DNA of 64,000 nucleotides from Leucoraja erinacea (taxonomy: Eukaryota). Position numbers and translations under genes: made by a program. The stretch spans positions 28,210,001-28,274,000 of the forward strand of contig NC_073389.1 of assembly GCF_028641065.1 (NCBI RefSeq), written 5' to 3'. The notes below the pieces were generated by a model. It made no database searches. It saw nothing but the letters and a program-made list of their open reading frames with translations, and was not told where the DNA came from. Shown one piece after another: positions 49,490 to 61,769 of the stretch. Position 1 is the stretch's first letter; every line of letters starts with the position of its first letter.

Positions 49490-50330
49490 GCAGACCCAAG
49501 ATAAACCACATTGAGGAGCATCCTTTTTGCTGATAACTATGCACTCAATGCAAGATCAGAATCTGATAAGTTGGAAGGCTTGGACAAATTTGGCAATGCC
49601 AATGGCAGCTTTTGCCTCACGGAGAAAACAGAAATATTGTGCCTAACTGTTCCAAACGCCCCATACATCATTGTGAATGGTCAGAGGCTTTCAGTAGTGG
49701 ACAAGTTCACATATCTTAGCACAACTGTCGCAAGATCAGTCAACATTTGCAGGACAGCAAAAACCAGCTCTGCTTTTGAAAATGGAGATCTAAAGTGTGG
49801 GAATCAAGAAGAATCAGCCTAAAGACCAAGTTTAAGGTGTGAGAAGCTGTTGTCATACCCAGTTTATTCTATGACTATGAGACATGGACAGTGTTCAGTA
49901 GACATGCCAATGACTTCCACATGTCCTCGCTGCACAGAATACTTCACATCAAGTGACAAGACAGGATTCCAGACACGCAGATGAACCTCTGAAAGAATCA
50001 CAGATTAGGTGGGCCAGAACAATCATGTTGTGGATCGAAAAAGATCTAACCACATCCCTGATGAGTCACTATTGACACATACCCCTGGAAACAAGAAGCA
50101 TTGGATTGTCCTATTTGGCGTACCCACATGAAAAGCGGTACTCGTTCATACGAGGAACCTAGAACAGAGGAAGCAAAGGGGAAAAGAGAATCTCAAAAAT
50201 TAAGAGCCACTGATACTTCAGCATCTTTGCACCTCTGCCACCCAGATTGGTCTAATCAGCCACCTCTACACGCATCACAATACCATAGAGTAGAATTCAT
50301 GGTCCTACTCAAGAACTGGTGATGAACTCC
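49490..50330 (+). mobile_element. Degraded RTE/BovB-like LINE fragment
   Basis: LRSILFADNYAL...VVDKFTYLS...TKFKV*EAVVIPSLFY...LHIK*QDRIP motifs. Confidence 0.65.
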
Positions 50331-51329
50331 AATCATGTCTTTCTCGCAGCTACCTATTCACTCATGAACTAAACCCTTACTACCCATGGGCTTAGTGTCA
50401 GTCATAGAAATAGACCCTTTGCCCCAAATTGTTCATGCTGACCAAGTTGCCCCATATTGCTAGTCCCATCTGCCCATGTTTAGCTCATATACCACCAAAC
50501 CTTTTCTATATATTACCCGTCCAAATGTCTTTTAAATGTTGTTATATTACCTGCCTCATCTACCTTCTCTGGGCAGCTTGTTCCATTTAATCACCACCTT
50601 CTGTGTGGAAAAAGTCGCCCCTCAGGTTCCTATTAAATTATTCCCCTCTCACCTTAAGCCAAGCCCTGTTGTTCTTGACTCCCCTCCTCTAGGTAAAAAT
50701 ATTTTGTGTATTCACCCTGTCTGTTCCTCTCATGATTTTAGATGCACAGAGTCTCTTGCCCCAGAGTAAGCTGAATGGATTGGCACTCATTCACCATTAT
50801 AAACATTTGCTCCCTCCACTCCTGGCGCGCCATCTGCAAAACTAACCAGGGCTGCTTTGACAGCATGTCCCAATCCCACAATCTCTACCACCTTGAAGGA
50901 CAAAGGAAACGGGAATTATGGAAAGGTGACCATCTGCATGCCCTCGACTGTACTGCGACTGTCTTGATGGGGAACCAAGTTCCTTCTGTGCCAAATGGTT
51001 TTCACTCTCCACTTGACAGTAGTTTGACATTTCTACACAGGTTCAAGATGGGGGTTACACCACCACTTCTTCAGGGCAATTTGCTGATGGAGAATAAATA
51101 CTGGCCTTCCCAGTATTACCTATGAAATAATAAAAAGTAGAACATAGAATTGTACAGAACGTGAATTTGCCCTTTGGTCCACCATGTCTGTACAAACCAT
51201 GATGCCAATCTAACTAATCCCATGGTTTGCACATGGCCCGTATCCCTACACTCCCTGTCTATTCATGTGTCTGTCTAAATACCTCTTCAACATTGCTATC
51301 GTATCTGCCTCATTCACCTGCCACTTTGG

Positions 51330-51640
51330 GGAGACACGGTGGTGTGGCGGTAGTGTTGCAGCCTTCCAGCGCCAGAGACCCGGGTTCAATCCTGACCATG
51401 GGTGCTATCTCTGCGGACATTTAACGTCCTCCCTGTGACCGCTTGGGTTTTCACCGGGAGCTCCGGTTTCCTTCCACCTTCCAAAGATGTGCAGGTTCAG
51501 GTAGGTCAATTGGCTTATAGTGTGTAGGATTGAACTAGTAAATAGTTTCTAGTATGTAGGATTGAACTAGTGTATGGATCATCATTGGTCGGCATGGACT
51601 CAGTGGGCCAAAGGGCCTGTTTCCATGCTGTATCTCTTAA
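51330..51640 (+). mobile_element. HE1-like V-SINE
   Basis: cacggtggtgtggcggtag...gagacccgggttcaatcc head and gggcctgtttcc tail. Confidence 0.75.
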
Positions 51641-53639
51641 CCTCCCCTGGCATCTACCACTCTCTGTGTTAATAAGTTGTCCTGTGCATCTCCCTCAAGC
51701 TTACTCCCTCTAATCTTAAACCTATGCTCTCTAGTATTTGACAATTCCATACTGGGAAATAGAGTCTGAATAACGATACATAAAAGACCCCAAATGCTAG
51801 ATAAAACAAAGTGCTGGAGAAACTCAGCAGGTCAGGCTGCATCTGTGGCAGGAAATGAAATGCTTTTTAAGTCTGATGATGTACCCTATCAATGGCTCTC
51901 ATCATTTTATCAACTTCTATGAAAACGGCCCCTCAACCTCCAACGCTCCAGAGAAAAGGATCCAAGTTTGTCCAACCCCTCCTTATATCTAATACATTAT
52001 AATCCAGGCCACATCTTCTGCGCCAGTAAAGGGGTGACCAGAATTGCACACAATTCTCCAAATATGGCCTATTTAAAGTTGCAACACGACGTTCTAACTT
52101 TTATATGCAATGGCCTAATGAAGGCACAATGAATGCATGTAAAGCACACTAATTCATTCATTTGTCTACCTAACCCAGTCCCATGTTGATTTGTTCTTAT
52201 ACTTTAGTTCACACATGCCACACCAGTAGCCTTTCTAAATGTTGCCTTAGATGTTGCCTTACATTTAAGATGTGGATTGTTGCACCCTAGAAACAATTAC
52301 TCACAACAAGCACCATACCTTACCATGGCTGTTTTGTATCAGATCAAGAAGGCAATACAGCATCTGTGGATGGAATCAGTGTATATTTATTGAGGACAAC
52401 CCTAAAGGTCTTAACGGTTTTAGTCTCTCCTCTCTCCAACCATCAGATGCACTCTGATTGTACACTCATACATAAGCTGTAGCTTTATTTCTTTGTGATC
52501 ACTTTTCCAGATTAATTTGCTACACATTCAGAATATATTATTTCTCTGAAAAGTCACTGCAGTAAGAAATCAGTCTGGAGCAGGGTCAAAAATGAGACTT
52601 CGCTCATTTCTAATTTTGTCCCTTGTATCTTGTGCATTTTGATTTAGAGTTTTTTTGCTTGGAAAATTATTGTAAAATGTTTGAAGATTAAATGCAAATG
52701 CTGTGCTAAAATGATCTAGCATTATTTACTCAGCTATTTGTGATCAGGCATCAAACAACAAACTCGTCACTCCAAACACTGTCTAAATGGCTGTTTTGGA
52801 ATTATATTGCACAATGTCCAATCAAAAAGTGGATGATTTTCTCTTTTCCAAAGTGTTGATTTCTGAGTATGAATAATGAACTCAGCACCAACTATAAAAT
52901 GCTTCTCACCAGGAAGAGAAAGAAAAACAAAAATAGCAAGGACATTTAAGGGATGATTATCATAATATTTGAAAATAAATTAGACAGGAGGGCATGATTC
53001 AGTGAGATGGGATTAAGAACATAGCAAAAGGTAAAGACCCTTTGGACCATGTCTGTGCCAAACATGATGCTATTAAATTAATCTCTGCCAGCCTTTTATT
53101 CACATGCCTATTTTCAATGCCACCACCGTATCTGCTTGGTTTCAAGGGTATTGGTGACAGTGTGTATCTGCTCAAGTGCAAGCTTAGTATTGGCCAGGGA
53201 TGGGATGCAGCCTGTTGTCAGGATGGTCTCAGTGAATTCCCGCGGCAGGTAGTAGGGAAGGGCATCAATTGCAGAATGGCGTCAGACTGTGTACACAATT
53301 ACATGATACAGGGACAGCGGGGAAGTGGAGTTAGAGTGGGTGGGATACTAAAGGAAGGGGGGGGGGGGGGCGGAGGGAGGGGCGAATGGGGTTTAGAATG
53401 TGTAATAAACACATAACGTTTAACACTAATGTACAATTACCACTGGAGAATATAGATCTAAAATTACAGGTTAAAGTCTGTCAACAGAGATTGACAAAAC
53501 TATAAAAAGTACAAAGAGATATCAGGAACAATGGAGTGTGGTGTGGGAATTATTTTTAAGTGGATAACGTATTTATTCAAGATGTTGACTCAGGTTTGTA
53601 TCTGCTGCTGCTATTCGCCCATCGGCTGTAATGCAGGCG

Positions 53640-53790
53640 GAAATGAACTTGGAAAAGATTAAGATTAAAGGATCTGTAGTGCAACATGAAGCCTCGCTGG
53701 CATTTTCCAGCTGGGTAGGTCATGTCAGAGCCGTGAGTATTCAGCACACTGCCCTGGGTACTTGCATCAGGGTGGGTGCTGAAGGGTCTG
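53640..53790 (+). promoter_or_regulatory. Candidate photoreceptor-type promoter elements for GRK1
   Basis: Tandem AGATTAA-AGATTAA at 53656-53668 (CRX/OTX TAATCY on the minus strand) and TGCTGA Maf/NRL-like half sites at about 53742-53747 (minus) and about 53777-53782. Confidence 0.4.
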
Positions 53791-53895
53791 TAAGTTCTGC
53801 CAGTCTAACTCTCACTGCTCCGTGCTACCCCGGCAACTCCGCGGCCACCCTCTCATGCTCCTGCTTCGCCTGAAGTAAAAGAAAAGCATACCAAG

Positions 53896-54600
53896 ATGGA
53901 TTTGGGGTGCTTGGAGACGGTGGTAGCCAACTCCGCCTACATCTCGGCCCGGTGCAGTATTGATGCCACCGCCAGCGTCCAGATCGCCAGAGCTAAGAAA
54001 TACCGAGCTAAACTCAAACTGCCACACATCACCCTGAGTGAAAGTCTACAGGATGTGATTGACACGGAGTTTGACAGCATTTGCGTCAATCAGCCCATCG
54101 GGAAGAGGCTGTTCCAAGAGTACTTGGACACAGTCGCTCTATACAAGCCAGCCCATGAGCTGTGGAAAAGCATTGAAGACTACGACACAGCAGAGGATGA
54201 AGAGCGGGCTCAGAAGGCGAGAGACATTATCAGCAAGTTATTGGAGTCGGGGGCAGAGCTCTTCTGTGGCTACCTGGAAGAGAAGTGCATCTTGAGAATC
54301 AAGGAAGACTGTGAGAATGTAAGGGATGACCTCTTCGCGGAATGTAAAGAGCTCACTATGAAATTCCTAAAGACCAGCGGTCCCTATGACTGTTACAAAG
54401 GAAGCATGCACTTCATGAGGTTCTTGCAGTGGAAATGGCTCGAGGCTCAGCCCGTTGGAGAGGACTGGTTCCTGGATTTCCGTGTCTTGGGTAAGGGAGG
54501 GTTCGGCGAGGTCTCCGCCTGTCAGATGAAAGCAACTGGGAAATTATACGCCTGCAAAAAGCTGAACAAGAAGAGGCTGAAGAAGAGGAAAGGAAACCAA
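53896..54600 (+). CDS. GRK1: Rhodopsin kinase (G protein-coupled receptor kinase 1), first coding exon: N-terminus, RH domain and start of kinase domain. No downstream exons found in the window
   Basis: [19 protein letters not shown]...[61 protein letters not shown] |gtaag at 54601. The exon end matches human GRK1 exon 1. Confidence 0.95.
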
Positions 54601-57052
54601 GTAAGATTGAATAGATCGAATGCAGATGTTTGTTTGTGCTGGCGAGGGGAGGGAAAGTTGTGCAAATTCAGATCGCGCATAAGATATGGGTTAGAGTAAT
54701 TGGATAAAGGTGGTACCGTGACCCGCTGAAAGGATCATCTCAATAACCTTCTTGCGAACCTGACCTCGAACCAGATTAATCCAGACCCAAGTGTTGTAAG
54801 CACCATCTGCCAAGATATAGCACAAGATCTAGGGCAACCAACTCCAGAGATCTACAGACACACATCTTAAATATCAACCCGCGGTTATTGGGAGCAATTG
54901 TGGAAATTCTCGGCACATTGACAACTGTTTTGTTTTGTTTTAGCGCGACTCTTAACACAAATAAATATTGGGAAATAGGAAATAATTAACGGTTGTGGTC
55001 TGGACACGATTGGGCTGGAGAGGGTGGGAGGAGTGTTCCCAGAATGTTGCCCGGGGTGGAGTGTAAGGAGAGACTGGGTCTATTTTCATCGCAGTGGAGG
55101 AGACAGAGGGGCGACATGAAAGAGGTGTAAAATAAACGATGAGGCGCATTGATAGGATGGGTTGTGCGAAAACTCTCTCATCAGCGGAGATGCATTCAAA
55201 CAAAGGGCATGGGTAAAGGGTAAGATGTTTACAGAGGATGTGAGGAAGAGTTGTTTTCACCCAGAGATGGGCGCAAGCTGACATGCACTGCCTGAGCGGT
55301 GATGGATCAGGTACTCCCATAATGTTTAATTATCCAGAACAGCGTTTGAATCGCTCTGTTTTATAGAATTACAGGTGAAGTGCTGGTAAATGGGAATAGT
55401 ATAGATCGGCACCTGATGTCCAGCAGGGATGGGTGGAAGGGCCTGTTTCCAAACTTCATGACTCTAGGAGTCCACTTTTGATGTGCATGGGAGCCCAAAT
55501 CTATCTGGTGTCGCGCAATAGGCAGCATCTACATTTCCCAGTTGAGTAGAGGGAGCCAACCCGCATGGTAATCACTATTGCCGGAAGCACCAGATAGTGG
55601 AAGTTGCGAGCTCTCTGAACAACGTAGACTTTTGCATGTATAAAGCGCTTCTTGTACAATGACATCTTCTACTGCTGGGACTGTGAGCATTTAGATCAAA
55701 ACGAGATTTATAGGTACTCATTCGTCAAGGGCCTTGAGGTAATTAGATACAAATAAGATACAATTTGGCATAATTTGATTGAACAGTCTCAAAGATTTGA
55801 GTAATCACCTTCCGTGTCACCTTGCTTCCTTATTTTCCATGAATACCTCTGAAAGGTTGAACTATAAGTTCATAAGTGATAGGAGCAGAATTAGACCATT
55901 CGGCCCATCACGTCTAGTCCGCCATTCAATCATGGCTGATCTATCTTTCCCTCTTAACCCCATTCTCCTGCCTTCTCCCCATAAACCCCTGACACCTGTA
56001 CTAATCAAGAATCTATCTATCTTGGCTTTAAAAATATCCATTGACTTGGCCTCCACTGCATTCTGTGGCAATGAATTCCACAGATTCACCACCCTATGTT
56101 GGAATGGTTTTAATATAAATTTTATTTGCCACAGAGAAAAGGCAGAATTTTATGTCGAGATTTTAAAAAGTTTGAATGAACTTCTTTTAGTTTAATGACA
56201 TTTTGGAGGGTCTCACACTCATTCTGGCAGTGGAGAGGCTGACCTGCGATTCAGAGGCCTGGCTTCAAGTGAATTTGTAGGACAAGCAAGGCTTCATAAT
56301 CAGTCAAATGTGGCAATCGGATAGACAGACAGGTATAGAAGGATACAGTTCTAATGCAGGCAAATGGGATTAGTGTGGATGAGGGAAAAAAGGTCAACAT
56401 GGATGTGTTGCACTGAAGGGCCCAATTCTGTGCTGCATGACATAACTCTATGAGGTGGGCGGGCATGGGGGAGGGGAGCAGTGAATACAAATATTTTTGT
56501 TTGCCCTACACTTGAGCACCCCTGTGCTTGATATGGTGGGTCGGTGGTTTGTTTGAATGTCGTGCGCTGACGTTAGCACATGCATTCCATGTTCTTCTTC
56601 GGGGAGAGATTCAATGTGCTTTGTGCATGGCCTGCCGGCCTAAGCAGCCTTGAGAAAGAGATGCCCTTGAGTTTGACGGAGATGTTATTTTTTGCAATAA
56701 AGCTTTGAGGCCATCCTTAGGTCTGAAGAAGGGTCTCAACCCAAAACATCACCCATTCTTTCTCTCCAGAGATGTTGCATGTCCCGCTGAGTTACACCAG
56801 CTTTTTGTGTCTATTTTCGGTTTAAACCAGCATCAGCAGTTCCTTCTTAGACACTCCTTAGCCCTGGTAATCAATTGTGATCGAGCTAAGGAAAGATTGC
56901 CAGTTTTGGGAGTTTTCTGTGAGGAAAGTGAACACATGGTCTGGAGAAACAAGAAACTGCTGGTTTACAAAATAAGATACAATGTGCTGGAGTAACTCAG
57001 TGGGTCAGGCAGTATCTCAGGAGAACATGGCAAGTGATGTTTTGGGTCGGCT

Positions 57053-57088
57053 GGGTCTGAAGAAGGGTCCCAACCCGAAACCTCACCT
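57053..57088 (+). ncRNA. Minimal type I hammerhead ribozyme motif in a Penelope-derived terminal repeat
   Basis: GGGT-CTGAAGA-A-GGGT(CCCA)ACCC-GAAA-CCTC-ACCT: stem I, CUGANGA core, stem II, GAAA and an NUH triplet. Confidence 0.55.
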
Positions 57089-57984
57089 ACATATATCATC
57101 CAGAGTTCCTGCCTGACCCTCTGAGTTAGTCCAGCAAATTGTGTCATTTTTTGAATACATGGTCTGCCCGATGGAACTAATTAAGAGTGTTCAATGCCTA
57201 TACATTGGCCAGGGCAATGGATTTCCATGTCTATCTCACCAGTGGATTAGGGAGTGTTGGTGCACGTTGAGTAGGTCGTCCTACCTCCAATCCATTGCAG
57301 AGGATAGGGATCATTGCTGCCCTTAAATTGTGATCCTTGTGCTGGGTCTGATGTCTTGGTCATCAAATGCTCTTTGTCTCAGGTGGTCTGAGTCTGTGCT
57401 GGTACATAGGATTTGGATATTGATGAGGGACTGAAAGGGAACCACAAGGCCTCAGCCTCATCCTGGTTTAAAGAGCAATCCTATTCCTGCCTTAGGACAT
57501 GCATTTTAACATTAGCGAGGGATTTTTGCCTCAAAGCCATGATGATTTAAATGGCCAGAGATAGATCCCTATCAAATGGCAGATGCTACTTTACTGGTGA
57601 ATGGGAAAGCAGGAGGAAGTAAGCTTCTAGTGTTTTTTATTTCATACAGAATCCAACTATCTCCACTTCCATCCTCCTTTGCCACAAGCCCACATGTTTT
57701 CTCCAACATTTTCATGTTTATGTTTTCTTTCTTTGTTTTTTATTTTTTTTATGTTTCCCTCTCCACTTCCATAATTGTATCCACGACCCTAGGCAATGGT
57801 TGAACCTTTGACTGCAGGGCCATGCATCCCAAATCCTAAAGTCACTGTGTAAAATATTGCCTTTGATTCATTGGTCACCTCTAATTTTGGGGCATTGTCC
57901 ACTGAAAATAGATTTTTTAAATTTGTGCCATTTCAATCCTGTGGTCCATCGTACCTGGAACCAGTCAAGTACATCTCTAAATGT

Positions 57985-58115
57985 GTAAGAAAGAGCTACA
58001 GATGCTGATTTAAATTGAAGGTAGACACAAAATGCTGGAGTAACTCAGCGGGTGAGGCAGCATCTCTGGAGAGAAGGAATGGGCGATGTTTCGGGTCGAG
58101 ACCCTTCTTCAGATC
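57985..58115 (-). mobile_element. Penelope-derived terminal repeat with hammerhead core
   Basis: Minus strand reads ctgaagaagggtctcgacccgaaacatcgcccattccttctctccagagatgctgcc... Confidence 0.65.
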
Positions 58116-61100
58116 TTGGGTCTACCTTTAAGTAAATCTCTTCTGTACCCTCTCTGAACCCTAATGACCTTCCTAAAGTGAGTTTCCTAAAGCAGACTGC
58201 CACCGATAGGTTTAGCATAACTCCCTGGCTTTTATGCTCTAATCCACGATTAATGTATTTATATGATTTGTTAATTGGCAATACTACCACCATCAATGAT
58301 TTGTGCATAGGCACTGCAGATAACATTACCTTTTGGCATGTGCCCTCTGTGCGGAAACTTTTTCACTGGGGGTCAAATTAAATATTTCCTCTCTCACCTT
58401 AAATCTGTGCCCTATAGTTCTAGGTTTCCCTACACTGAGGAGAAGACTCTGTGCATCAAACATCCTATCAAAATATATCACCTCAAGTCTTTTTGTGTGT
58501 TGGATTTCATCTGCACGAATTCCATTTACTTCAATAGATTATCAGGATTTCTTATTCCTCTTTGTTTCGCTAAAGTGTCATCATTATTATAGTCATAATG
58601 TCATACAGCACAGAAACAGGTCCTTCAGCCCAATTCGTCCACGCCAAGATGTCTCATCTAAATTGGTCCTAAATTGGTCCCATTTGACTGCATTTGAACC
58701 ATATCCCTCTAAATCTTTACTATTCATGTACCTGTCAAAATGTCTTTCACATGTTGTTATTGGTTCAACAACGGTTCAAGAAGGCATTTGGACAGGTGCA
58801 TAGATATGGGCCAAACATAGGTAAATGAGATGGGGCATCTTGTTCAGCATGGACGTTGAGCAAAAGGGCCTGTTTCCATGCTGTATCTCTAAACTAAACT
58901 AAAGCCTAGATGGGGCATCTTGGCCGACATGGACCAGTTGTGCCTAAGCTTGCATGCTGTATGACTCTAAGCTGCTGCCCAAGCCAGGCGACCATCTGCA
59001 TGCTGGTCTTAGAAGTGGATCTGCAATGGCTCCACTTTTTTCTGTACACTGTGGATGGCTTGATTGTCTTTCTGCTGACTGGTTAGCACTCGGTACACGT
59101 GACAATCATCTAAAGTAAGTTAAACTAAATTAAACTAAACTTAACTATAAATTAAGCTAAATTTAAACATAACAGCTCACGGAGTCATACAGCATGGAAA
59201 CAGGCCCTTCGGGACACTTGCCCACACCGACCAACATGTTTCATCTACACTAGTCCCACCTGCCTGTGTTTGGCCCATATCCTTCTAAACCTATCCTATC
59301 CATGTACCTGTCTAAATGTTTCTTAAATGTTGCGATAGTACCTGCCTCAACTACTTTCTCTGGCAGCACTTTCCATATATCCACCATCCTCTGTGAGAAA
59401 ATGTTTTCACTGGGGGTCAAATTAAATATTTCCTCTCTCACCTTCAATCTATGCCCTACAGTTCTTGGTATCCCTACACCGAGCAGAAGACTCTGTGCAT
59501 TTGCCCTCTTCATTCCCTTCTTGAAGATAAACCCTCAGCTTCTTGCACTCCAAGGAATAAAGACCTTGCCTGCACAATCTCAGGCCCGCAAGTCTTGGTA
59601 GCATCCTCATAAATCCTATCCACACCTTCAGCTTAATGGCATCTTTCCTATAGCAAGGTGACCAAAACTGAGCTCAATGCTTCAAGTGTGGTCTGTCAAT
59701 GTCTTGTACAACTGTAACATAACACCCCAACATCTACACTTAATTCCCTGAATGATGAATGCCAGTGAACCAAAAGCCCTCTTCACCACCCTCTATGCGA
59801 TACAACATTCAGGAACTATATACTTGAACTCCTGGATCCCTCCATTCCACAACACTCCCCAGGGCCCTATCATTCACTGTGAAGGACCTCACGGTCCTCT
59901 TAATGCTGATTACACACTGTCCAACTTTCCATTCCAATATGATTGTTTTAAATGTCTGATGACTACAATATGTGTTCCAAACCTAACATGAACGGTTTAT
60001 CAACTGTTATATTGGAATGAAGTTAAGGAAGTCAACATGGAGAAGTGAAGGTTTGTTTCCTCACTGTTGAACCTAACTAACAAGAAAACAAAGGTGCAAG
60101 AGATTGCAAATTCTTGCGCAAAAAAACAAAGTAGGTCAGGCGGCATCTGTGAAGGGAATTGACAATGACATTTAAGGTGAGTCAGGTATGGGGGGGGGGG
60201 TCAAGATAGTAATCAAGACTGGTGGTCGAGGTTTGTAACAAAAAACAGAGTGTTTTCCAAGCATTCTGTTCTCCATCTTATTTTACTTATATTTTGTGCT
60301 TATATTTTGGCGTAATCCACAGAGTTAGTCAGTACCAAAGTATAGTCACTACCAAGTCTTACAAAAGGAGTTGGTACTAAAAAAGAATTGCCTATTTACA
60401 AAATCAAGACAAATCCAATCTGGAGAATTAGTCCAATCAGTCTACTCTTTCAATTAACAAAGTGATGGGAAGGTGTCATTGGCAGTGCAATCGAGTGGCA
60501 CCTTCTCACTGATGCCCAGTTTGTGTTTCACCAGGGACATTCATTGCATATATGATCCACAGAGCTGAGGTGGCAGTAAGAGTGAAGGCCCTTGACATCA
60601 AGGCAGTATTTGGCCAAGAGAAGCAATAAGGAGCACTGGTACAATTGAGCTCAATGGGCATCAAGGAGGAAAACACTCCAATGTTTGGAGTCACATCTCA
60701 TAAAAAGGAACATGGTTATGGTTGTTGGAGGTCAGTCATCCCAGCCCCAATACAAGACTGCAGACATTCCTCAGGGTAGCATGTTGGGCCCAATCACCTC
60801 CAGCTGGTTTGGAAGTTGGGATATTCTTTGATGTTTGCACAATGTTTAGCTCCATTCATAACTCCTCAGCAAATAAAGCAGCCTGTACCTGCATACAGCA
60901 AGAACCCAGACAACATTCAGGCAAGGGCTGATGCATAGCAAGTAACGCTTGTGCTTCAGAAGTGCCAGGCGATGACCATCACCAATGACAAGCAGTCTTC
61001 ATTGCAGAGTCACCATCCTGCCTGAAACAGTTGGCAATCAGTGAGTGGATGAGAGCCGTGATCCACAGCGCTACTGGCTGGAATGTGGGATTGGACCAAG

Positions 61101-61769
61101 GAAGGTCTTCTCCTTCTGATGCAGACATGATGGGCCAAATGGCCTTTTTTTGTGGTGTGAATATTTCATGAGTTTATTTGGTTGAACGAAGATAGTAGCT
61201 CCAGCAACACAGCTTTCCCTGAGGGCTAAAATTGGTGACAGCGAGAGTCTCTAGAGTAGGGGGTGGATGGTTGATCTTCTGTGAGTTGAGAGCAACCTGT
61301 AGCTGAAACCAGGAGTACACTGAGGGACAATGTGAGTTATTGGCATTGCCAGGTGACATTTGAGCTGTTCTCAGTGGAGCAAATCTTGTTATGGAACAGC
61401 CGGGCCATGTATTATCTAGCCTTGGACCTTATGCAATGAGCTGTGGGCATGTGTTGGGTATCTCAGTCAATGCCTTTGTCAGTGGGGTCAGTGTTAGTTA
61501 TGGGAAGGAGGACCTTCTGCTGGCGAGGAGAGAGGAGTTGTTATGGCCTTTGTAATTACAAATTGTGTTGCATGTTTTCTGTGCATCCTTGTATGTATTC
61601 ATCATGTGATGCCATTGGACCAGTCAGTCATGTGGTGTGCTTGCATTATAGTTAACATGATGAATATTAATATTATTAACGTTAATTATATAATTAACAC
61701 TGCCACAAACAATCAGGAACATCCAATCTGCACCAACAGTTTAAGACTAGTAGGGTAGAGATGATCATC

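Noticed and set aside
54601-54699. C-terminal 32 aa of the 267-aa GRK1 ORF
   Set aside because: Read-through into intron 1 after the gtaag donor at 54601.
58340-59500. Repeated ttcactgggggtcaaattaaatatttcc block (similar case at 25770/26400)
   Set aside because: Both copies are CR1-derived pieces; this is an ordinary local repeat duplication.
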